Part shown: positions 1 to 14,510 of the stretch, in pieces
How the letters are laid out: each line of letters starts with the position of its first letter
How positions within the stretch are numbered: the stretch's first letter is position 1
NCBI RefSeq assembly: GCF_009914755.1
Contig: NC_060932.1
Source of the DNA: the human T2T-CHM13v2.0 reference genome, Homo sapiens
DNA length: 64,000 nucleotides
Strand: one strand, 5' to 3'
The notes under the pieces: model-generated
What the model was told of the DNA's origin: nothing
Seen by the model: only the letters and a program-made list of their open reading frames with translations
The model's database searches: none
Position numbers and translations under genes: made by a program

Positions 1-206
1 GGGCTCAAGTGATTCTCCTGCCTCAGCCCCCTGAGTAGCTGGGATTACAAGCATTGGCCACCACACCCAGCTAATTTTGTATTTTTAATAGAGACGGGGT
101 TTCTCCATGTTGGTCGGGATGGTCTCGAACTCCCAACCTCAGGTGATCCAGCTGCCTCTGCCTCCCAAAGCGCTGGGATTACAGGCATGAGCCACTGCGC
201 CCAGCC
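1..206 (-). mobile_element. Alu (AluS-type), cut by the window edge
   Basis: Reverse-complement Alu sequence (cctcccaaagcgctgggattacaggcatgagccactgcgcccagcc). Confidence 0.9.
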
Positions 207-1354
207 AAGTTTTGGCATTTTTAAGAAGGTACAGAGTTTTAAAACAATAGGAAATTACTACAAATTTCTTCTTGATGTTTGTTATTAACACCTATTAACA
301 TCAATAAAGGTAACAAGATTGTACCCAGGACAAAAAATCAGTCTACTCTGTATCTTTAGAAACAAATGGAAACTTAGGAAAGGCATTTTTTAACATACCA
401 GTAAAATGTGGAATTTTTTGTGCTGCTCTCTAAGTGAAAACAATTATCAATCAGAAACAGCTTTTGAAAATAAGTATGATAATTATGTGTTTCTAAAGGC
501 AATTAATTCTAAACTTGTCACTCAATGGGAATATTTCTACCTTAAAAAAATAGTAATGCCTTACATGTAATTTCTTCTTGAGGAAAACACTTTAAATTGC
601 AAAAAAATTTTGTATTTTACCCTTAAGTGTAAAATAAATTTTTCACTAAGGAAGAGAAAAAATAAAGCATATTTAATAACTTTATTGCACTGGAAGTTGC
701 CAATTCGTCTTTGAGTAGTTTCATTGCAGATGAAAAGAAATCAAAATACAGGACAGATGTTGAACAAACCGCATTTAAGTTCTGTCACACACTGGCATTT
801 TTCAAATGATTTTGGCTCATCTATTAAATAAGGTGCATTTTGCTTGATTTTGAAAAGGGAAACATCAGGAAATATTTAAAGGCCAATTGCTGCCAATTAA
901 CTTTGATCAGTAAAAGTTCTATTTGAATCTTTCAGATTCTTCTCCTGTCTGAAATAACATACATTTATAAATCGAACAAAACAACAACTTGATGATTAAT
1001 GCCTGTTGGCAGCCCTACCACAAGCTTGCTTAACAGCGGAATTTAAATAAACAACTGTCTCTATTCAGAAGAGAACGAAATGTAGTTATAGTCATATTTT
1101 CTCATAATGGAGATATGAAAAACAATATTCTCTACTCTTAAGAATGCTGCTAATCAAGACCATTGTGATTGTCAGTGCCTGTAACAATTCAGCTAGCCAT
1201 CTTACAAGAGTCTGCCCTGAAATCATAATGGACCAATAAAATTAACAGCAGTGTGACATAAGCAGTCCTGGCAACCCAAACAGCAGAGGCCAGACTAAAA
1301 CATCTTCCTACCAATTGGATCAGCCAGAAAGTAAAGCATCGGTCCTAATACAGT

Positions 1355-1402
1355 AAGAGTCTGACATAACAGTCTCAAAGAAAAAAAGAATCTGACATAA
1401 CA
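1355..1402 (+). mobile_element. Extremely 5'-truncated Alu-like insertion (GTCTC plus short A tail) with 17-bp TSD
   Basis: aagagtctgacataaca-gtctc-aaagaaaaa-aagaatctgacataaca. Confidence 0.6.
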
Positions 1403-1716
1403 TATGCAAGTGTTACGAATTATGTTGGACATATCTTAGTGGTGATTATGTAACTGAGAAATATGTGGCTTCTGATAATCAACAAAGTTTAAGATTCTTG
1501 AAATCAAATTTTAATCTTTACTACTGGTCATGTAGGATCTAACTCTGAAAATCAACAGCCAAAGTAAAGCAAAATAGAAATCCCATAAAGGCAAAACACA
1601 TTGCCATATTACCAACAAACCTCTGTCTCACTATTCCAATTATACATTAAAAAATAATATCCTATCTTTATTTTAAAACCAATCACCTATTTTCAGACAT
1701 GCAAAAATATGTATTA

Positions 1717-1821
<105 letters not shown>

Positions 1822-2250
1822 CTAAAATAAGAATATGACAGGTGAAGAACATGTATACTTCAGGTTACATGAAAGAGAGTGTCTCATTAAGAGGAAGCAG
1901 GCATTGGGAGAGGCTGAAAGCAAGAGACACAGAGAGAGACTTGGGCAACAGCTGCTTATTTTAGTGTGCATGACTTATTCTGTGTGCAAACTTCAGGGAC
2001 TTATTTTATAAAAAGAGCCCCAAATGTTGATGGTGCTTTACACACTGAAGAAAAAACTCTTTCTTTACTTTTTTAAAATTTAAAATCTAGGGTTACTTAG
2101 ACATATAAAATAAAGGAAATTCAACTTTTTATGTCTATTTCAGGAGCAAAAAATTCAGTGAATCAAGTAGCCACTGGTTATGTTACGCCACAATCCATTA
2201 AGAGCATCTAAGTGCACTGTCACAAATATCAGAAAATAGATACACTATAG

Positions 2251-2780
<530 letters not shown>

Positions 2781-4007
2781 CACTATAGGTTAATTTCAGA
2801 AGGGTAGTACATAGTAATTTTAATCTAGATAACTCTCTATCATTATTTGCATTCATTAAACCTGTCAATTTTAAGTGTACTCAAAGCAGGAAGTGATGGC
2901 CACTCTGACCCCACCAGGCACTGTCCAGCTCAGGGAGCTGATCTTAAGATTCACATGACACTGTACGGGCATCAAACAGCCCATGCCATACTCAGAGAGC
3001 AGTGCTACATTCCACAGTGCACCGTGGCTTCTATCTAAAACTTCAAGTGTTGGACATTAGCAGTGAGTAGTCAGCCTCTCCCTACAAGCCACCCTGATGA
3101 CATCTACTGGCACTGAAATGAACTTGGGGGATATGCAGGTATTTGCAGTTTTATCCTGTATTTACTGTGTATCAAATCCAAGAAGCAACATGGTTCATGG
3201 CTGAAGATCCTGTATAGGAAGTAATGAAAGATAACATTTCCAGGAAGTATACAAGGCTATAAAATGAATTTTTTAAGGGTTTATTGGCATTCTATTAATA
3301 ATACCAACTTTCATATGTATGCCATTTTCAATTCTTCCAAAGAACAATAATTTATGATATACTATTTTATTGTCACGGCAAACCTTTGGAATAAGTATGG
3401 AATCTCCTTGCATCATTATGTAACCAGGGGGATTGTAAGCAGAGAAACTGCCTTCAGGTAGGCCCCATTGGGCAGGTATGCCATGTGTCATGATATGTGT
3501 GTCATGTGCCTTTGAGTCTTAGAGTCAAGAACATACAATCCAAAGAAAAGACTTTGATTCGATACTGCCCAATGTCAACTTTGTACACTATCTACCTTGT
3601 TTTCTGAACACTCTAACTTTATCTCCAATATCTAGACATGCCCGTGTGTTACCCCTACTCTTTAACATCTGCCATGCCTGTTAAGTTTGGGAAGTGGCAA
3701 GAAGTGGTGAGAGAGGAGGCCTAGACTGTAGGCCAGACCCTGCCTTTGCTTTCCCACTTAGGTGTCATCCTCTCATCGAGCCTGGTTTGTTCACTAATAA
3801 ATCTGAGAGCAAGATGGCAAACACAATATTCTCACATAGACTAATAAAAAAAATCTTGTCTTTCATTTGTCAGAATCATACATGTTTGTACAGTTAGGAG
3901 AGAGCAGGGGCTGGAAAGGGTGGGAGATGGGAGCGGAGCCTCGCTGGGCACCTGCCAGGGGCCCATCTGCTGTAGCCTGGAGGTCAACCCAACCCAACCT
4001 GGCTATT

Positions 4008-4360
4008 CCTCCAGCACTGCCCACCCCTAGCACTGCCCACACCCCTCCAGCACTCCCCACCCTCTTGGCACCACCCACACCCTTCCAGCACCTCCCACAT
4101 CCCTCCAGAACTTCTCACCCTCTTGGCACTACCCACATCCCTCCAGCACCTCCCACATCTCTCTAATACTTCCTACTGTCTTGGCACCGCCCACATCCCT
4201 CCAGCACCTCCCACATCCCTCCAGCACCTCCCACCCTCTTGGCACAGCTCACTTCCCTCTAGCACCTCTCACCCCCTTAGCACTACCCACACCCTTCCAG
4301 CACTACCCACATCCCTACAGTACATCCCACCCCCTTAAGCACTGCCCCCACCTCTCCAGT
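4008..4360. repeat. C-rich degenerate minisatellite, ~19-20-bp units with a 58-bp higher-order period
   Basis: Units like ccagcacctcccacatccct; landmark tcttggca at 4063, 4121, 4179, 4237. Confidence 0.85.
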
Positions 4361-6389
4361 GTGGCCCAAGTTCTACCTTCCAGCAGCCCTAGAGGAGGAA
4401 CAGAGTACGTGAAATATGGCAGGATGGTGCAATTCACTCACCTCAGTTCCTCTCCTGCCTGTGCCTTTTCTGCCAGCTGACTGACAGTGGAAGGGAAGCA
4501 GAGGACATAGTATTGCCAAACGTCAGGGGTTAGATTGGCAAATACCCCAGGGTTGATAAGAAGGCAGAGAGGAAATAAAGATGCAGAGGCTGAGTGTCTA
4601 AGAGTTCTGCTGGGAGGGACAAAGGAAAACGATTCCCTCAAATTTTGTGTATGATGATTCATACTCCTTAGCATTCTGAAATTGTCCCTTTTTAATACAC
4701 CTGAAATCTATGAAATTCTATGAAATTTCATAGGTTTCAGGAGAATTACAGTTTACAAATTACTGTAAAGAAAAACTAACTCATTTACTCTTGGATTTAT
4801 AAGAAATTGCTCATTCACAAGGAGTTTAAGTATCAGTAGGCATGCTGGAAAAAGCAAATGCTCAAATAGACCCTACAGCTGAATTAACCTGTAGGGGAAG
4901 CTCAAACAGATGTGTCTAAAACAAAACACCTGACTAAGGTGTTTATTCCCTCTAGCTCAGGCCAATAAAAATACCCTGACTTGTCTCATAACCATGTCAA
5001 TGAATCTTTTTATGTGGCAAGGATGGAGCCTCACCACATTTATTTAATTGCCAATTTTAAAATTTATGTGCCATAGTATTGTTACTTTTGAAAAAGTATT
5101 ATTTCTCCTTGATACGGTTGCTTATTTATATGACCATTGAAAGAATTACTCTATTGTTCGTTAATATATAGCATACTTTAACTTTTCTTCATAAATTACA
5201 GTAATGACTTGCTAGTCAGAATACTAATAAATTTTAAAGGCTTGTTCAGTCTAGTGGTAAAATACAACACAGATGTTGGTCTTATTTACCTCTTAATGTT
5301 AATCTCTTTTGTTATTAGCTGTCATTCCTCAACAGTTTTTATACCTGCCACTCCAAGATATTGTTTTGAAACATTTACTACACCAACAGAACAGTCTGGC
5401 AGCTAACTGGAATGAGACAATTTTAGAATAGGAAGGGGGTTCTAGTTGAGAGCAGTATTTTTCAGACATCTTTGAACCACAATGCTCAGTAAAAAACACA
5501 ATTAACACTGGGATCTAAGAATCTCTCTTATGTGCACACACACAGCTGAAATATATTTGCCAAAGCAAGATTTTGCTCACTGTGTGGATATACTCTGACA
5601 CTGTCCATTTCACAGCCCTGTCTCAATCTACAGTTTGAAAGGCAGAGCTCTAGAAAACACCTACTCTTTGACTTTAGAAACAGAGCACGGAGTTCCTAGA
5701 GGGTTGTGATTTGTGCGTGATGACCCAGCAAGCAGAGTGCAAAGCCATCTCACCCTGAGTGTTTTACCCAAGAGGAAACTAGCAGAAGGACAGATAGATA
5801 ATTCTGCTCATGGAATTGCTTACATATTCTAGCAACTGGAGTTCTCATATCAAGGTTAGATTTTATTTTCCTATTATAATAGCTAATACGTTAACACTGT
5901 TAAAATTTCTAAAGTCTCATACGAGTACAAGTCAAATGTGAAAAAAGCTAACATTGAACAGTTAGTAAATTACTCTGGCTTGATGGCTTATTTTGGCATA
6001 TTAAGAACAAGGAAAAAAACACGTTCTTAAACCAAAACTGAGATGTTAAAATCACCAGGTCTTTAGTTTAATCTTACTATTTTTATAATACATAATTTTC
6101 TTGCAATAACAAATTCCAGAGCTGCAGTTATAAAAGGACTTCTTTTAAAACACCATTTTTTGTTATATCACTTTCAAAAAATTATTTAGAGCTTTGCCTC
6201 CACTTCAAAGTAACATCTCATTTTAAGTCAATCTCATTGCCAAATGTTCTCATTCTTTTCAAAACGTGGCCTTTCTGTGGCATATGCCACTGCTGTTTAC
6301 TCTCTTCTTGACATTTCTCCTCTATGACAGCAATCTTTTATGGGCATTTTCCTAGAATCTATGTATACATCATCTGCTTGTTAAATGTC

Positions 6390-6760
6390 TGTATTATTCC
6401 ATTCATGCTTCTAATAAAGACATACCCAAGACTGGGTAATTTACAAAGAAAAGAGGTTTAACTGACTCACAGTTCAGCATGGCTGGGGAGGCCTCAGGAA
6501 ACCTACAATCATGGAGGAAGGGGAAGCAAACATATTCTTCTTCACATGGTGGCAGCAAGGAGAAGTGCAGAGCAAATGCAGGGAAAAGCCCCTTATAACA
6601 CCATCAGATCTCATGAGAACTCACTATCATGAGAACATCATGGAGGTAACCATCCCCATGATTCAATTATCTCCCACTGGGTCCCTCCCATGACACATGG
6701 GAATTATGGGAGCTACAATTCAAAATGAGATTTGGGTGGAGACACAGCAAAACCATATCA
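6390..6760 (-). mobile_element. THE1 (THE1C/D-like) MaLR solo LTR
   Basis: tgtatt...aaccatatca termini, aagactgggtaatttacaaagaaaagaggtt motif; 5-bp TSD atgtc/atgac. Confidence 0.9.
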
Positions 6761-7130
6761 ATGACGTTGGTTCCTAGGACTTTATTCTTATCCTTCCATC
6801 TCTCATTCTGTTCAGATCACCTTGTGGACTCAAGCACACTGATGGCTTCAACCACCACCCACTCCCCTCTATCAGATCTTAGATCTCAACTGGAGGCTCA
6901 TATATCAATTACTTATTGGTCATTTCCACCTAGATGTCCCATAAAGCACCTGAAATTCAATGTGTGGCAAGTTGGAGTCATCACATTTCGTCTGGACACC
7001 TACTGTATTCATTCTTTAGAGGAATGGCATCCTACCAACCCAGACCTTGGCATTTTCCTAGCCACCTCTTTTTAGCCCCATATTGAATCAATTTCAACAC
7101 TCTGTCACTCGGACCATAAATTTCAGCCTC
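6761..7130 (+). mobile_element. Degraded L2 fragment
   Basis: L2-like motifs (ccacctagatgtcccataaagcacctgaaattcaatgtg); boundaries approximate. Confidence 0.55.
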
Positions 7131-9277
7131 CCTTATTGTCATTGCCATTGTTCTTTGCTTTCTTGTTTTTTTTTTTTCCCCTTAGCCTTGTGTCTTTTGT
7201 GGATATTTGGTATGGTCTCCTTCACTGGGGTCTATTCCTAGGTTGTCACTATCTTCATTCCAGCCTCTCATCTCTTTCAAAAAACATTCAAACATTTAAC
7301 AAGTACAAAAGACCCGTATATGTCTAACTTTTGCTTACATATTCAAGATGGCCTGTTTCTGATTTTTCAAACTGTTGTCTTGATCATGAAATCCTTTCCT
7401 CAAAACACAACTAGGCAGAGGCCTAAACTGGGGCAAAGAATCTGTCCACACAGGTTCATGAACCGTGGTCTCAGATGGAGCCTGTACACTCACATCTCCA
7501 TCCCTACAGGCAGCGCTCCCCGCTGGGCCCCTTTCCCAGTTCCGCAGCTCCACCTCCCTGATCCTTGCTGGCTGGGCTCCACAGTTGCTGGTACCACAGC
7601 TCTATGTGTTCTTGTCTCGGCAGGCCAGGGGTTTAATCCCTGTATCTTCCTCCTCCTGTTTTTTAGATTCAGAGTATGGTTTTCTTTCTTTTTAGTTTTA
7701 GTATGAAACTGTTATTTGCAGAATCAAAAAGAGGGTATCAATCCTCTGAAAAAACATAGTGGGAGGCTCTGTTTCTATTTCGTGTAGAATGTTTTGTTCA
7801 ATTAGATTTTTCTCTCTCTTTACAGCCTTTAAACAACATTTTAAGCTTTAGGCTATGATTCCTTGTTTTTTCCTATCCCTATATCCTTATCTGTATATCC
7901 TTGGTACTCAACACAATGCATGTCATAAAGGCTTTCCCAAACTTTGGTGGAGGAATAAATGAATGAAAAGCAATAAATAGAGAATATTTCAAATAATTCC
8001 AGTGAAGAAAAGAAGAAAATACTAAATTTTACCTTTCATTAGCTGTTAGTGTTGTCAGTGAAAAAACAATTCCTAATGATCTAGCCTAGGGAAAAAATGG
8101 GCACTTGAATCTGAAAATCTCATTTGATCTACATAAGATAGTATTAAACATTAAACGTGTTCACTAGTAAATGCTATCTACCTGATTAAGGAAGAGCCCA
8201 TTCTTAGAATAGCTGCATAAGAAGCCTTACTTTTCTATTTAATGAAGTGGATAATATTACCATAAGGTCAGCATAACACTGATTTTGTAAACTCAGTAGT
8301 GGTATGTATTACACCATTTTGTAAAATATGTTCTTATGTGCCATGAAATTTACTTCTCTGGTAGAAATTGAATAGTACAGTGAAGAGGCTCAAAAGGAAA
8401 AAAATACAGTCAACTGTTTTATCAATTTTCTTGTTTAACGAAGAAATTGTACATTTACTATAGTTCTTATGTACAGGAAATTCTTCTAGTGGAAGCCTTC
8501 TTAAGTTGTTCTTCACCCAAACAAAACTCAATACACAACATCTAACTTCACACCCACACACAGGAATGAAATCTAACCCTGCTCCGAAATTATTTGGATA
8601 TGATATTAAATTGCAAATGTCTACTTAAAGTCACTAAAGTGAAGTGAAGGAACTTGTTGTCATCCTAGGCTACCCATGGCTGTTTTCAGTACATCAAAGG
8701 CAAATTATGTCTACTAATTCAAAGTAACATTATATAGAAAAAGTAAATAATGATGAAATTGGCTGAGTGTCTGTAGAACCAGGAATAAAACAATTGTTTT
8801 GCCTTCATCCTCTGTCAAGTGGTCTTTAATTATCCCATTGCCTCAAGATCTCTTTCTCTTATTTCTACAACACAGAACTGCTCGCAGAGACTAAAATTTT
8901 CATCATGTACCCAAATCACCAGCATCAACCCTGGTCCACTACCTTGAATTGTTTATTGATTTTTTTTTAATCCTCATCACAGCTATCACAGTAGATCTTG
9001 ATTAAAATGTTAAAAAGGAAAAATATTCTGGACAAAAGCAGTGCACAGAAATACTGAAATGCCATTAAATACAGTCTCTAGAGAGATTAATGTCTGTCAG
9101 CTTTGAATTCAAATGTTGAAAATCTGTAATTGGGTTTGAAGTAAATAAAAGAAAAGGGTATATAAATGCATGTGTGTACTAGATCATCAGAGGACTGGGA
9201 TATTTCCTCTTGGGGCCCTGCTTTGTTTCATCAGTGAGCTAAGGCATGTGATAAACTTCAAGTATCATTAAAAATGG

Positions 9278-9473
9278 ACTTTTTAGTAGGCACAATACAT
9301 ATAGCACTTCTGATTCTTTAATTTACCAAGACTCTCACACACACCAGATGAAGGCATTGTTGTTTTTGCAGGGCTAAGTCATTTGCTTCCAACAATGCCT
9401 TCATCTGTGTATGTGAGAATCTTGGTAAATTCAAATTTCTGAAGTGCTATATGTATTGTGCCTACTAAAAAGT
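9278..9473. repeat. Long inverted repeat (85/84-nt arms, 27-nt loop)
   Basis: 9278-9310 is the exact reverse complement of 9441-9473; 9321-9362 pairs with 9390-9430 with two mismatches and one bulge. Confidence 0.95.
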
Positions 9474-10877
9474 AAAGGTATTCCTTTACAACAATGGAAA
9501 ATGGACTAACACACTCAATCTCTGCAGCACTACCATAAAGGAGTCATACATTCAAACTAGACTTTCGCTGTACTTACTACTCAAGGCACTTTCGATAGAA
9601 TGTTCATACAATTCCTCATACCAATTATTTTTGAGGTGACCATATTTTTAAGAGCTCAGTCATCAGTAAAGCTAATTTAGGTGGAAGTTAAACTAGACGA
9701 TGCAACATGAGCACTCCCAGAAGGGGCCATCACTGGTTCTTCCAAAAGATGTCAACCAAGCTTTTATCACCAGGAAAGATGACCCAACTCTAGGAAGCTG
9801 GCAAAAGGTGTCCTATACTCTGAAGATCTAGGAACTAAGAGGAAGGTAGGATCATTCAGATGGGATCTGAGCAATGCACCAGTTCAACTGAAACCTAGAA
9901 CTATTCTTCAAAAAAATCAATTACTTGCATAGCCATGTCATGTGATTGCTTTAAGTTAGTCACATATACCTTTCTGCTTATACCATTTAATCATTTAACA
10001 GTGACAATTTGTGAACATAGCTTAGCCCAAATCCAATCAATTAACAAATGACTGGGGGGAATAGGTCTTGGCAACATCTTGACCCTGACCAAGTTTATCT
10101 ACAAATGTATGCCAGTAATACATGGTTATAAACAGGAATTATTGACATAGAGTCCAAATTTAGTGCCTTCAATGTAAAGTCCCTGAAATTTTTCAGTGAT
10201 CATAAAATGATCCAATACTTTAGCATTTCAGGAATGACATAATATTTTAGAAAGGTTTTGTCTGTGGTCAAGTCGAAGGATAAATTTGTGAAAGCACTTT
10301 AAGAATATCAAATTAACATAAAATATCAGCTACCATAATACTAAAGAGAAGTAGAGTCTTCCAGTATCAGTTCTGGAGTATCTGTATCAAGTACCTGGTA
10401 TTCTGTCCGCTCAGGGTAAAATGCATGTGACTTGGACTGTGCCCACTCCAGGAAGAAGATAAAGAGTTTAAAATTTGGGGGTATTATTTAAAAAATAAAA
10501 AAGGATCCTTCTCCCACAAATAGAAAGTTTGGTTGAATCATCAAACTGATTATATAGGGGAAAGGTGGTCTATTCTTTGGCTCTCTGATGTGAGTATAGC
10601 ATATTTCTGTAATGTAAATAGTTGATTACTTCCCAGTCAAGATTAGCATGTTAGATTGTATATAAATCTCTAAATCTCTAATAAATATTTATTCTTACAC
10701 TGAGACAAAGAAACTACCCGTAGAGCAAATGTCCTCAAGTAGGATAGCTGGAATCTGCCTTTAAAGTTAGCCACCAAGCATAGCTATAGACTAACCATGT
10801 TAATTCACTGATCCTATCAGTTAGTTCTCTCACTTGAAACTAAGGGTGGTAAATTGAACTTCACCACACTATTGAAA

Positions 10878-10925
10878 AGATAACAAAGGAATGTGGCACC
10901 TGCCAGGTGACTCAGCATGAGTCAC
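10878..10925. promoter_or_regulatory. Candidate intronic enhancer core: GATA, SOX, TEAD, two E-boxes, ARE/AP-1 and a second AP-1
   Basis: agataa, aacaaag, ggaatg, cacctg/caggtg, tgactcagca, tgagtca within 48 bp; motif content only. Confidence 0.45.
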
Positions 10926-11329
10926 TCAAGACACCTACTTGTCCACTAAAGGTAACGAGGAAGCCTTAATCAAAAATATGCAATAATACTGTAGAGCTAT
11001 TCAAGAAGAGTTGATACTTGAGAAAATATCAAAATTCAGCAAGTGGTTTAGTTTCATCTCAAAACTTCACCTCAGCAAAAATAGCTCTGAGCTAATTATC
11101 TGCAACAGGAACTGTCAGTCTTTTTTTCTGGCAGCAAGGCTACATATATTTGATTCAGATCAATTAAGAATCTGTGGTTTATAAAACTTCCAAACTCTTG
11201 AGTTTTCTTCTTCTTAGTCAACCTCCTTAGAGCTAAAACGAAAGAATGTACAGCATAAGTAAAAACATTCTGTAATGGACTGCTGAAGGAGCTTCTCCAA
11301 CTGGAGTACTGAAGTTTTAAAAACAACAA

Positions 11330-11660
11330 CTAGATGCTCAAGGATATACCCCATCTATAAAGTCTTGGCCAAAAAAAAAAAAAAAAAAAAAAAAGAAAAG
11401 GAAACTGAATCTAACTAAGCAAGCTCCTAGATCTAGCTATCAGATTGTAGGAAATACAGAGGACAAAGAAACATGTTAAATAATACAATAGGGTTGCTGT
11501 CAAGAAAACCCAGACTCCCAGGAAGTCTGTAGGACAGACAGTCTGGTTACTTCAACAGAAATACACAAGGTTTATAAAAAGGGATTGAGTGAGAATCTAT
11601 AGATTATAGACACTTAGGAGACATATAATAAACTGTAAAGTAAATAAACAAAACTACTGG
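11330..11660 (+). mobile_element. Old L1 (L1MC/ME-like) 3' region, left part
   Basis: gatctagctatcagattgtaggaaatacagaggacaaagaaacatgttaa motif typical of L1MC 3' ends; boundaries approximate. Confidence 0.55.
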
Positions 11661-11689
11661 AGAAAAACACTTTATAAACTAGAAAGAAA

Positions 11690-14510
<2,821 letters not shown>

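Noticed and set aside
3863-4480. Pro/His/Thr-rich ORFs
   Set aside because: Translations of the C-rich minisatellite
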